Notes: generated by a model not told the origin, from the letters alone. Shown: positions 28,148 to 37,732, counted from the first letter of the stretch. The stretch is 64,000 bases of DNA from Candidatus Micrarchaeota archaeon (GCA_018819225.1 JAHJQN010000003.1:192001-256000); one strand, 5' to 3'. Made by a program: numbers and translations.

Positions 28148-28663
28148 TCATTTCGAAAATTTCCGGTCCAGTTTTTCGAGTTTGGGCGCGATGACCAAGC
28201 GACAATACGGTGCATCGGGATTCCGATCGTAATACCGCTCATGCTTTTGCTCCGCAGGATAAAAACGATCCAAACGCCTGATTTCCGTCACAACGGCGTG
28301 CGCATGCTCAACCGCTTTTTTCCGCACGAAGAATTGCACGCGATCCATCTGGGCATCCGATGTGCACAAAATAATGGAACGGTATTGCGTGCCCACATCG
28401 TTTCCCTGGCGGTTTAACGTCGTGGGATCGTGAACGGAAAAAAAGATCGTCAACAGTTGTTCCAACGAAACCGTCGAAGAATCGAATTCGAGTTGAACGA
28501 CTTCCGCGTGACCCGTTTCCCCCGAGCACACCGTTTCATAGGTCGGGTGAATCGCATGACCGCCCGCATAACCCGGTAGGACGCTCTTGACGCCGTTCAC
28601 GCGCGCGAACACCGCCTCCGTGCACCAGAAACAGCCTCCACCCAACACAAGGGTATCCATCAT
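28148..28663 (-). CDS. msrA: Peptide methionine sulfoxide reductase A
   Basis: GGCFWC, GYAGG, TGHAEVV, HDPTTLNRQGNDVGTQYRS, FYPAE..H..YY. Confidence 0.96.
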   Translation of the reverse strand: MMDTLVLGGGCFWCTEAVFARVNGVKSVLPGYAGGHAIHPTYETVCSGETGHAEVVQLEFDSSTVSLEQLLTIFFSVHDPTTLNRQGNDVGTQYRSIILCTSDAQMDRVQFFVRKKAVEHAHAVVTEIRRLDRFYPAEQKHERYYDRNPDAPYCRLVIAPKLEKLDRKFSK

Positions 28664-28817
28664 ACCAGAACGGGATTACCGCCATTAAACGCTTTGGTTG
28701 AATATCCGACCAAAGAAACACGAATATTATCAGCCCGTCCGTCACTCCTCACAGCCGAAGCTCGGTAACAAAGGACTCATCATCTAATGAATAGATGCAC
28801 GCCCAACATTAAAAGAG

Positions 28818-29159
28818 TTACCCGAACCCGGCTTTCAACCAAACGAGCAACGCGTACGCATCCAATTCCGCGGAAGCCAGTACCGCAATAAACAGGAAGG
28901 CGAGAAGAGCGGCCAACACGGTTTTCTGAAAAACACCCACCTTCAAATCCCGCACGTAGGCCCGGTCACCCACCCGCTGTCGATGAACGAAGTATAACCC
29001 GAGAACCACGGTGGAACATACGACGTACCATTCCAGCCCAGTACGCGCACTCCCCTCGAATAACGACGGGACCCCGAAAAACAAGGTCACCGCAAACAGG
29101 GACAGCGCGTAATACGGGCGCCGAACAAAATCCTGAAACGGTTCGCTGAAACTGGCCAT
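28818..29159 (-). CDS. Hypothetical membrane protein (113 aa)
   Basis: Three hydrophobic segments; start placed at ATG 29159, divergent from the PRODH-like gene. Confidence 0.55.
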   Translation of the reverse strand: MASFSEPFQDFVRRPYYALSLFAVTLFFGVPSLFEGSARTGLEWYVVCSTVVLGLYFVHRQRVGDRAYVRDLKVGVFQKTVLAALLAFLFIAVLASAELDAYALLVWLKAGFG

Positions 29160-29225
29160 TGAACCCCAGAAGGACGTAAATGAATAAAAGCGTTCGGAAT
29201 CAACATACGGGCATAGGGCTGTTTC

Positions 29226-30311
29226 ATGATCGTCAAAAGGAAAATGGCGGAAGTCGGTTACCGCGTGTGGTCCGCTGCAGGCATAGAAAACGGTTTGAAG
29301 CACGCCGATAAGCTGCAACGACGAGGCGGAGGAGCGATCCTCAATATCCTCGGCGAACACCATCACTCTGAAAAGGCGGTCGAGCGGGATATTCAATCCT
29401 ATTACGATTTAATCGATCGCATTGCGGAACATCGTGTCAAAACGGGCAGACAATGGGCTCGGTCCAATGCGCGCATTTCCATCAAACCCACGCAATTCGG
29501 ATTTCACTCAATAGCTCCAGAAGGAGGTCGCAGTAAGTTCACCATGGAAAACCTGTGGGCCATCATTAATTACGCCACCAAAAACGGAATCAAAGTCGAA
29601 ATGGATATTGAAGATTCCTCTTCCCATAATTTCACGATTCGGGCCTATCGAGAATTTGCACGACGGTTAAATGTGGGAGGAAGAAATGGGATGTTGGCAC
29701 TCGCCTTACAAGCCAACTATCCAAGAAACCACGCCTTAGGCTTGATGCGCCGTGTTCTCTCATTAGCTGAAAATCAGAAAATTCCGGTGGGCCTCCGGTT
29801 ATGTAAAGGGATATATCAACCCCCGAACGACCCGAACGCTCTCTCGGAGCAAACGCATTTGGCATCCATCCTGCAAAATTACCGCAGCATGGTGGTCTTA
29901 TCTCACAACTTTCAAGTTCAACATCCGGGATTGCTGAAAATCGCCATGGCTTCGCATCGGGACGATATGCATGACCTAGCGGATACGCTCGTCAAAGATC
30001 ACGAAACCCAGATGCTGAAAGGGATTCGTGGGCCCTTCAAACGCATGCTCGCCCGAGAAGGAAAAGGCATTTGGGAGTATACGCCCATTGCCATTTCCTC
30101 CACGGAAAAAACGAAAAAACCCCGAAACATATTCAAGCGCGTGGGACGGTCGTGGCGCATTGAACGCGAACGACAACAATCCGCAGGCGCTTATGCCGAA
30201 CGCCGCTTCGGAAAAGCCATGAAATTGCTCTGGCGAACAGGAACGGACTATGTGACGCCCAAGTATTTTCCGCCTATCCGGATAGGAAAAAAGCGTTCGC
30301 GCGAAGAGTAA
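29226..30311 (+). CDS. Divergent proline dehydrogenase-family flavoprotein
   Basis: LNILGEH, ISIKPTQFG, MDIEDS, LQAN, LRLCKGIY, ASH, ETQMLKGIR, YTP and YAERR occur in PRODH motif order. Confidence 0.75.
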   Translation: MIVKRKMAEVGYRVWSAAGIENGLKHADKLQRRGGGAILNILGEHHHSEKAVERDIQSYYDLIDRIAEHRVKTGRQWARSNARISIKPTQFGFHSIAPEGGRSKFTMENLWAIINYATKNGIKVEMDIEDSSSHNFTIRAYREFARRLNVGGRNGMLALALQANYPRNHALGLMRRVLSLAENQKIPVGLRLCKGIYQPPNDPNALSEQTHLASILQNYRSMVVLSHNFQVQHPGLLKIAMASHRDDMHDLADTLVKDHETQMLKGIRGPFKRMLAREGKGIWEYTPIAISSTEKTKKPRNIFKRVGRSWRIERERQQSAGAYAERRFGKAMKLLWRTGTDYVTPKYFPPIRIGKKRSREE

Positions 30312-30345
30312 AAAGGAGGAGACTACCTTAAACGAGACGATACGA

Positions 30346-30993
30346 ATGAATGCGAAACAAAAAGCGCGAGCCATTATCCAACGCCTGCGCTCACGATATC
30401 CCGAAGCCATGACGGGACTCGATTACGGAACTCCGATTCAACTACTGATTTCAACGATCTTGAGCGCGCAATGCACGGATGCACGCGTGAATCACGTCAC
30501 GCCAAAATTGTTCAAAAAATTCAAGAACGCTTCCGACTTTGCTCGAGCGAATCGCATCGAACTGGAACAGCGGATTCGAAGCACGGGCTATTACCACGCG
30601 AAAGCCCGACACATTCAACGGGCGAGCCGGATGATCATTGAACGGTTTAACGGAAAGGTTCCGAAAACCATGGAAGAGCTGGTGCAGCTTCCCGGCGTCG
30701 GAAGAAAAACCGCGAACATCGTACTCGGAAATGCGTTCGGGATCTTAGACGGTATCCCCGTGGATACGCATGTCCAACGCGTGTCGAAACGACTGGGATT
30801 AACGCATCACAAGGATCCAGCAAAGATTGAGCGCGATTTGATGAAACTCGTTCGAAAAAGCGAACGCCTGCTTATTTCCGACCTCTTGATTTTTCACGGA
30901 CGCGCCATCTGCAACGCCAGAAAACCGCACTGCAGTCAGTGTACGATAAGAACCTGGTGCTCTTCAGCCGGAACCGTTCCGGGAAATTGGTGA
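30346..30993 (+). CDS. nth: Endonuclease III
   Basis: LSAQCTD, HhH LPGVGRKTAN, VDTHV, [4Fe-4S] motif C-x6-C-x2-C-x5-C. Confidence 0.96.
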   Translation: MNAKQKARAIIQRLRSRYPEAMTGLDYGTPIQLLISTILSAQCTDARVNHVTPKLFKKFKNASDFARANRIELEQRIRSTGYYHAKARHIQRASRMIIERFNGKVPKTMEELVQLPGVGRKTANIVLGNAFGILDGIPVDTHVQRVSKRLGLTHHKDPAKIERDLMKLVRKSERLLISDLLIFHGRAICNARKPHCSQCTIRTWCSSAGTVPGNW

Positions 30994-31056
30994 GCGAGCA
31001 AGCATTTTATTAAAAAGAGAGCCATGCCATAATTAGATCAGAGAGGTTGAAACCGA

Positions 31057-32538
31057 TTGGTCCAGCGAATCCTTAAACACGTAGCGGACGTGATATTATT
31101 CGTAGGCGTCGCGTTGCTGGTTCCCGCTCTTTTCGCGTATTCCCAAGGAGAATCCATGTTCCTCCCTCTGCTCCTTCTCGCGTTCCTCATGATTCTTCCG
31201 GGCCTTCCGAGGCTCATGAGCAACTTCGGGCAATTCGCGCGAGAAACGGCCACGGGATGGTGGCACCGCCTTCAAGGAAAACCCGTGGAAGGCCGTCCTT
31301 GGAACTTCGCCGTATCGCTTCTCACGCTTCAATTCATTAAAGCCAAACAAGCCGAACGCTTGAGCCGCTCGGAAGCGCTCGTGATTGCCTCACTCGCCTG
31401 GCTCATTATACCCCTCGTCGGCACGATCCCCTACATGGCGGCAGGATTTCAAATGGAGAACGCATTATTCGAAAGCGTTTCCGGATGGACCTCGACGGGT
31501 TTAACGACGATCGCATCCCCCGAAACCCTTCCATTGAGCTTGATTTTCTTCCGCAGCTTCACGCAATGGGTCGGCGGAGTCGGAATCATCATTTTCGCGC
31601 TCATCGTTATCAAGGCGCCGGCCGCCAGCGAGTTACTGAAAGCCGAGGGACGGGAAGGAATCGATGTCGGCATTCGGAACACGGTGAACAAAATCTGGCT
31701 CATTTACTTCACGCTCACGATCTTGGGCGCGTTATTCCTATGGTTTTCAGGCCTCACCGTTTTTCAAGCGATCAATATGGCCATGGCCGCCATCGCCACC
31801 GGTGGTTTCCTTCCATCGCACAGTCTGGCGTTTACGGTATTTCAGAAAATCATCATGATCCTCATCATGATGGCCGGGGCCACGAGCTTCGCACTGCATT
31901 CCGAGTTCTTTCAAGGACGGTTCCAAAAAATGGTTCACAACACGGAATTCAAAGTCTTGCTGATGGCGATTCCGTTGTTCGCCGTTATCATGTACTTGCT
32001 CGGCGACCCGTTAGATAATGCGTTCTTCAACGTGACCGCGGCAATTTCAACGGCTGGATTCACCGTCGAGAACTTGGGCGGGCTATCCGATTTCTCAAAG
32101 TACATGTTGTTGCTGCTCATGGTTTCGGGTGCGAGTTCGGGATCAACGGTTGGAGGCGTCAAACTATGGCGCATGGCCACCATCCTTAAAAGTCTTCGAG
32201 CGAAAATTCGCAGCTTTTTCCTACCGCACGGGACGGTGCAGGTCATCAAAGTCAACGGAAAGCCCGTCAGTCAAGACCAAGTGGTGGAAAGTGGAAGCTT
32301 TATATTTCTGTACTCGCTGTTGCTCCTTTCGGTCGCCGCCGTATTCATGGCATTAGGCCTGCCGAGCATGGACGCGTTCTTCACCGTCGCCTCCGCTCTC
32401 GGAAACGTGGGCTTGACGACCGTGAGCATGGCCTCGCTTCCCCTCGTCGGAAAAGCCGGGTTGATGATCGTCATGTATTTGGGGCGCATTGAAATTCTGC
32501 CCAGTTTAGTTTTGTTGAAGTACCTCAGGGGTGGTTGA
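31057..32538 (+). CDS. trkH: Trk potassium uptake membrane subunit
   Basis: FESVSGWTSTG, QWVGGVG, ATGGF, STAGF, GSTVGGVK, GNVG, GRIEI pore-loop motifs. Confidence 0.93.
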   Translation: MVQRILKHVADVILFVGVALLVPALFAYSQGESMFLPLLLLAFLMILPGLPRLMSNFGQFARETATGWWHRLQGKPVEGRPWNFAVSLLTLQFIKAKQAERLSRSEALVIASLAWLIIPLVGTIPYMAAGFQMENALFESVSGWTSTGLTTIASPETLPLSLIFFRSFTQWVGGVGIIIFALIVIKAPAASELLKAEGREGIDVGIRNTVNKIWLIYFTLTILGALFLWFSGLTVFQAINMAMAAIATGGFLPSHSLAFTVFQKIIMILIMMAGATSFALHSEFFQGRFQKMVHNTEFKVLLMAIPLFAVIMYLLGDPLDNAFFNVTAAISTAGFTVENLGGLSDFSKYMLLLLMVSGASSGSTVGGVKLWRMATILKSLRAKIRSFFLPHGTVQVIKVNGKPVSQDQVVESGSFIFLYSLLLLSVAAVFMALGLPSMDAFFTVASALGNVGLTTVSMASLPLVGKAGLMIVMYLGRIEILPSLVLLKYLRGG

Positions 32539-33166
32539 ATTGAACGTCGTCATCTTCGGAGCCGGTAAAGTCGGATTGACCTTGCTCCAATTACTCGAAA
32601 ACTCGGATCACGGAATCACGATCGTGGACAAAAACAAGGAGGTCTGCGATCTCATTGCCAGCGAAAGCCGCGCCGTCGTCGTCCACGGGGATTGCACGGA
32701 TCCGGAATTGCTGGATAGCTTGAAACTCGAGGGAATGGATTTCGTGGTGGGCGTGAGCGGAGAAGAAGAAGTGAATTTCCTGGCCGCCATTTATGCGAAG
32801 CAAGCAGGTGCCCGCCACATCATCGCGCGAAGCAACAGTCGACAGCATTCCGCGATTCTGCAAAAACTGGGAATCGATGCCATGATTCCGGAAATCACGC
32901 TCGCCAGAGATCTCGCCAATCAAATTGTTAACCCCACGATCTTTGCCATGCTGAACCCCGGAGAAAGCAACGTGGAGTTATTCGAAATACAAATTACCAA
33001 AAAGCAGGACGGAGAGAAGGTGCACGAAGCCGTCAAACATCCCGGCGTGTCCATTCTCGCGTTGTTCGACGGAAAGAAGTTCTCGCTTCCCAAGCCCACG
33101 GATCGTTTGAAAGCGGGAACGATCGCCATCGTGGTGAGCACGAGTGGCAAGCGATCGCTCGAATAA
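32531..33166 (+). CDS. trkA: Trk potassium uptake NAD-binding subunit
   Basis: GAGKVG Rossmann motif, VHGDCTDP, RCK-C-like tail; overlaps the trkH stop. Confidence 0.92.
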   Translation: MVELNVVIFGAGKVGLTLLQLLENSDHGITIVDKNKEVCDLIASESRAVVVHGDCTDPELLDSLKLEGMDFVVGVSGEEEVNFLAAIYAKQAGARHIIARSNSRQHSAILQKLGIDAMIPEITLARDLANQIVNPTIFAMLNPGESNVELFEIQITKKQDGEKVHEAVKHPGVSILALFDGKKFSLPKPTDRLKAGTIAIVVSTSGKRSLE

Positions 33167-33278
33167 ATGGCGCCGAGTTGTACGCAATGTTTATATAGAT
33201 TACGCACTCATGTAATTACTCACTCATTATTTTAGAGTGCTACTCACCCGATTCATATTCTTCACGAGGGAGGCACAG

Positions 33279-33896
33279 ATGGATGAAAAAAAATTCATGA
33301 AAGGGACGACTACGGTCGGGATTATCTACCCGCACGGCGTCGTGATCGCAGCCGATAAGCGTGCGACCATGGGCTCGTTTATCGCTTCCAAAGAAGTGGA
33401 AAAGATTTTTCAAATCGACTCCGCGGCCGCCATGACCATCGCCGGAGGGGTCGGCGACGCGCAAAACCTCGTGCGATTGATGCGCGCGGAACTGGACTTG
33501 TACAAATATTCGAACGGTCAATCCATGCCGATTCTCGGCGCGGCTACCCTGTTGGCCAACATTCTTCAAGGCAACAAATATTTCCCGTACCTCGTTCAGC
33601 TCATCGTCGCCGGCGTGGATGAAAAACCGCGCTTGTTTGATTTGGACCCCATGGGCGGATTGCTCGAGGAACGGTATACGTCCACGGGCTCGGGAAGCAT
33701 CGTAGCGTACGGCATTCTGGACGAACACTTCCGAGATGACTTGAGTGAGGAACACGCCGTTCGCCTGGCCGTTCAAGCCGTGAAGGCGGCCATGAAGCGC
33801 GATAACGCCACGGGGGAAGGCGTCGATATCATGGTCATCACGAAAGGCAATGTCGAGAGGCTGTCGCCGGAACGCATGCAGACGTTGCTCAAATGA
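33279..33896 (+). CDS. psmB: Proteasome subunit beta
   Basis: Short propeptide then G^TTTVG, AADKRAT, AGGVGDAQ, TGSGS, RDNATG; GGGAGG RBS. Confidence 0.96.
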   Translation: MDEKKFMKGTTTVGIIYPHGVVIAADKRATMGSFIASKEVEKIFQIDSAAAMTIAGGVGDAQNLVRLMRAELDLYKYSNGQSMPILGAATLLANILQGNKYFPYLVQLIVAGVDEKPRLFDLDPMGGLLEERYTSTGSGSIVAYGILDEHFRDDLSEEHAVRLAVQAVKAAMKRDNATGEGVDIMVITKGNVERLSPERMQTLLK

Positions 33897-33995
33897 GCTT
33901 ACGCGCAAACCGCACCTTTTCTTCGAAGAACTCGGAAAGCGTTTCATTGGTTATTGCACTTCGCCGCATCAAATGGAATCACTCGAGGTTTCGGC

Positions 33996-35894
33996 ATGGC
34001 ATCGAACAATCACATCAAGGAACTGCAAACCAAAGTACTGGAAGTCTTGCCCAAAGAATGCGAGCTCACTAAAATCGAGATGGAAGGACCGCAAATCGTG
34101 TTGTATCTGAAGAACATGCAGGCGTTCACGAGCGACGAAAACTTGATCACGCGCATTGCGTCCCACATTCGGAAAAAAATTTTGTTGCGAAGCGATAGTT
34201 CGGTGCTCATGCCTCCGGAGAAGGCCGAGGAGCGCATTCGACAAATCGTTCCAGACGATGCCGGTATTAAGGAAGTGAAATTCGATCCCGTGTTCAATGA
34301 AGTCGTGATTGAAGCGCACAAACCCGGCGTGGTGATCGGAAAGAACGGCCTCGTGCTGAAAAACGTTATTTTGGAAACCGCGTGGAGTCCGCGCGTATTG
34401 CGTTCTCCGACCTCGCCGTCGGAAGTGATTACCGCCATTCGCAACGCATTGATCAAAAACTCGAGCACGCGAAAGAAGTTCTTGAATACGCTGGGCAAGA
34501 AGATGCTGCAGGAGGAGAAATCGACGGACTGGGTCAAGATTACCGCGCTGGGAGCGGCCCGCGAAGTCGGACGCAGTTGTTTCCTGCTTCAAACCAACAA
34601 TAGCAACGTGATGCTCGACTGCGGCTTGAACGTGGACACGTCGGAACCCACGCGGGCCTATCCCTACCTGAATGCCATGGGACTCGCCCTCGAGAAAATC
34701 GATGCCGTGATCATTACGCACGCGCACTTGGATCACTCCGGCTTCCTCCCTTACTTGTACGCGTACGGGTACGAAGGACCCACGTATTGCACGCCCCCCA
34801 CGCGAGACCTCATGGTGCTCTTGCAGCAAGACTGCATTAACGTGATGACATCGGAAGGCAATACGCCCCCGTACACGGAAAAGGACGTCAAGAATATGTT
34901 GAACCACGTCATCGTTCGCAAATACGGTGAAGTGACCGACATCACACCCAAAATTCGCTTTACGTTCCATAACGCCGGCCACATTCTCGGAAGCGCTATG
35001 GCGCATTTGCATATCGGCGAAGGCATGCACAATCTCGTGTACACGGGCGATCACAAGTTCGGGCGAACGAATTTGTTCGACCAGGCAGACGTCCGGTTCC
35101 CGCGCGTGGATACCGTCATTACCGAATGCACGTACGGGGCGCCGCAAGACATGCGTCCGCGCATCGACGAAAGCGAGCGGCAACTCATGTCCGTGATTCA
35201 CGAAACCATTCAACGGGGGGGCAAAGTATTGATTCCCGTGCTCGCGGTCGGCCGCGCGCAAGAAATCATGCTCATCCTCGAGAAGTACCTCCGGAACGAA
35301 AACATACCCGTATACATTGACGGCATGTGCCGAGAAGCCAGCGCCATTCACACCGTATACCCCGAGTACATGCACCGCAACGTTCAGCGACGCATATTGC
35401 AAAACGATTCCCCGTTCGACAAACCACTGTTCAAGAGCGCAATCGGTATGGACCGAAAAGCCATCGTGGACAGCGAACAACCCTGCGTGATTCTCGCCAC
35501 GTCCGGCATGCTCACCGGCGGGCCCTCCGTCGAATTCCTGAAACTCATGTCCGCCAATGAAAAGAATTCCATGATCTTCGTCGGATACCAAGGCGTGATG
35601 ACGCTCGGTAGAAAAATCCAAAACGGAAATTTGGAAGTACCGATTCTCAACGATAAAAACAAGTTGGACTCGCTGAAAATCAACCTGCAAGTGAGAACCG
35701 TCGAAGGATTCAGCGGCCACTCCGACCGCATGCAGCTCTTGAACTTCTTGCGCGCCATCAAACCGCGCCCTTCCAGCGTTTTCATGGTGCACGGTGAAGA
35801 ATCCAAGTGCGAAAACATGACACGCACCGTCGGCCGCATGCTCCACGTCGATGCCCGCGCCCCGATGAACCTCGACAGCATCCGCCTCAAGTGA
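33996..35894 (+). CDS. fttA: aCPSF1 / FttA beta-CASP ribonuclease with KH domains (transcription termination factor)
   Basis: KH domains (KPGVVIGKNG), REVGRS, THAHLDH, AGHILGS, YTGD, GFSGHSD, VHGE; follows psmB as is common in archaea. Confidence 0.95.
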   Translation: MASNNHIKELQTKVLEVLPKECELTKIEMEGPQIVLYLKNMQAFTSDENLITRIASHIRKKILLRSDSSVLMPPEKAEERIRQIVPDDAGIKEVKFDPVFNEVVIEAHKPGVVIGKNGLVLKNVILETAWSPRVLRSPTSPSEVITAIRNALIKNSSTRKKFLNTLGKKMLQEEKSTDWVKITALGAAREVGRSCFLLQTNNSNVMLDCGLNVDTSEPTRAYPYLNAMGLALEKIDAVIITHAHLDHSGFLPYLYAYGYEGPTYCTPPTRDLMVLLQQDCINVMTSEGNTPPYTEKDVKNMLNHVIVRKYGEVTDITPKIRFTFHNAGHILGSAMAHLHIGEGMHNLVYTGDHKFGRTNLFDQADVRFPRVDTVITECTYGAPQDMRPRIDESERQLMSVIHETIQRGGKVLIPVLAVGRAQEIMLILEKYLRNENIPVYIDGMCREASAIHTVYPEYMHRNVQRRILQNDSPFDKPLFKSAIGMDRKAIVDSEQPCVILATSGMLTGGPSVEFLKLMSANEKNSMIFVGYQGVMTLGRKIQNGNLEVPILNDKNKLDSLKINLQVRTVEGFSGHSDRMQLLNFLRAIKPRPSSVFMVHGEESKCENMTRTVGRMLHVDARAPMNLDSIRLK

Positions 35895-36008
35895 CGGGAT
35901 TTTTACGAGGGAAAAACCGTTTTCTCCCTCGGAGGAAAACATTTATTAAGACCCGTTGCGTCCTTAGCTCACTCGTTTTTTTAATGAGTGAAAAAGAGGT
36001 GTTTTTTG

Positions 36009-36158
36009 ATGGTGAGAAAGCCTTTTGGAGGGAAAAAAATCTCGTTCAAAGGTCAGAAAAAGACCTTGGAACAAGTCTTCGGTTCTGCCGGAGTAACGCC
36101 GAGTCTGATGACGAAGAAATTGTGGCAACACATTAAGCGCTTCCGCTTGATGAAATAA
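36009..36158 (+). CDS. 49-aa SWIB/MDM2-like mini-protein (below the ORF-track cutoff)
   Basis: Translated by hand: MVRKPFGGKKISFKGQKKTLEQVFGSAGVTPSLMTKKLWQHIKRFRLMK; GAGGTG RBS at 35996-36001; TATA-like TTTATTAA near 35942. Confidence 0.75.
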   Translation: MVRKPFGGKKISFKGQKKTLEQVFGSAGVTPSLMTKKLWQHIKRFRLMK

Positions 36159-36245
36159 GTTCGGTGGGTTGATCACGCGGGCCACAATCCGCGTGAATCT
36201 TTCTTTTTTCTGCGTTTCAGAACATCATTTATTAACCCGTTCTGC

Positions 36246-37730
36246 TTGAAGATCTCCATGGATACCGAGTTACCGTACGGGCCCTGGAAAAAAGTCTTGA
36301 CCGCCCAGTGGAAGGACTATCCGCTCCAGATATTTCAGAACGAAGAGCACCTGCTCCTCATTCTCCTGTTTGAAAAACAGAATAACGAGATTACGGGACT
36401 CCTCGTCATGGAACGCAAGCCGTTTCTCATCGAAGGCGATTTATCGAAAGTGATGCTCGCGCAAAAACGAGACATCACGTTCATAGAGAAATTCTCTAAA
36501 AACGATCACAAGCAATTCATGCTCCTCGACGCCTCGCCCCAATTCATTTCCTACACCGCCGAGGAATTGGAAGCCGAAATCACGAAACAATACGGCGAAT
36601 TGGAGTCCATGGGGCGCATTATCAAGAAGACGTTGGAAGCCAACGGCCACGTGAAAGTCAAGGATTCCAAGCAGATGACCGACAAAGATGCCCAATACTT
36701 ATTCGGAGATCCGTTAAGCTTGATGGCGCTTCTTCAAGGAAAACCGATGACGGTCCACGAACCCTCGACCGTCAAAACGCCGTTCGGAACCGATTTCCAT
36801 AATCAAGTCGTGGAAATCCCTATGGAAAACCTGCGTGCGACGACCATCGTCGGCGGAACGCAAGAAAAGCGCGTGCATGCGATGCACGTCGTCATAGAAA
36901 ACGTGTTGTTCAATCACACGCCATGCCTCGTGTTCGACGGAGACAACGCGTTATCCGGACTCGGCTTACCCAATCACGACGCGCAAGGACTCGAGCGATT
37001 CAATCTCCATGACAAACCCGTCGGATTTTCCGTCAAGGAATACCGGCTCGGAAAAGATTTGTTCATCGACCTCAAGCTCATAGACGCCGGACTCTTCTTA
37101 TCCGCCTTCCATTTGAAGGAAACGAACGTGGCGCCGTTGATTCAGCGCCTGTACGAAGAAAAACGGAAAGAGCTGTCGTCCCTCGACGACTTGAGTAACG
37201 AGCTCGTCCAGCTTCACGAAAGCCGGGAGATCCCGCGCTTCCTGATCCAGCGCGCGGTGCGCATTATCCGCGTCATCAACAAGGGCTACTCGAATCTTTT
37301 CGCCAAGAACATCTCGGAAGAATTATCCGCGTCATGGAAAGAGGAAATCGGGCGCGTGATTTATGTCAATCTATCCGACCAACACGAAGACATTCGCCAA
37401 CTCGGCATGTACTCTTTGTTGAAAGCGACCGCCAATTCCTCGCCGTCGGAGTTCACGCTCATGATCGCCTTTGAGCCCGATATTTCCAAGCTGCACCCGC
37501 GAACCCGCCAGTTGTTGATCGACCTATACCAAAAAGGAATCGGGTTCGTCGTACACGATGATCACGAAAGCAGTTTCAAAACGCTGCCGAATAGTCTGCA
37601 GATCGAAATAGTGGGCAACGACGTGATTTTAGGCGGACTCGGCATGACGAATAAGACGCGCATCGTGCTCCGGCCCACGCATTCGAAATGCACCGAATTC
37701 TCGACGGCCGCTCCCCATAAAGAAAAATAA
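36246..37730 (+). CDS. HerA/FtsK-like P-loop-fold protein with degenerate Walker A
   Basis: TTIVGGTQEKRVHAMHVVIENVL...TPCLVFD follows the HerA-like strand-Ploop-helix-strand pattern but lacks GK[ST]. Confidence 0.55.
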   Translation: MKISMDTELPYGPWKKVLTAQWKDYPLQIFQNEEHLLLILLFEKQNNEITGLLVMERKPFLIEGDLSKVMLAQKRDITFIEKFSKNDHKQFMLLDASPQFISYTAEELEAEITKQYGELESMGRIIKKTLEANGHVKVKDSKQMTDKDAQYLFGDPLSLMALLQGKPMTVHEPSTVKTPFGTDFHNQVVEIPMENLRATTIVGGTQEKRVHAMHVVIENVLFNHTPCLVFDGDNALSGLGLPNHDAQGLERFNLHDKPVGFSVKEYRLGKDLFIDLKLIDAGLFLSAFHLKETNVAPLIQRLYEEKRKELSSLDDLSNELVQLHESREIPRFLIQRAVRIIRVINKGYSNLFAKNISEELSASWKEEIGRVIYVNLSDQHEDIRQLGMYSLLKATANSSPSEFTLMIAFEPDISKLHPRTRQLLIDLYQKGIGFVVHDDHESSFKTLPNSLQIEIVGNDVILGGLGMTNKTRIVLRPTHSKCTEFSTAAPHKEK

Positions 37731-37732
37731 AA

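Noticed and set aside
29160-29396. N-terminal extension of the 28818 minus-strand ORF
   Set aside because: Overlaps the divergent PRODH-like gene and its promoter; ATG 29159 is more plausible.
33969-35942. 657-aa minus-strand ORF
   Set aside because: Antisense shadow of fttA, which has complete motifs; the shadow has no recognisable features. The same applies to the many shorter antisense ORFs over dnaK, the S-layer gene and psmB.
35807-36136. 109-aa ORF after fttA
   Set aside because: Overlaps the fttA end and lacks motifs; the 49-aa frame at 36009 has an RBS and a SWIB-like pattern.
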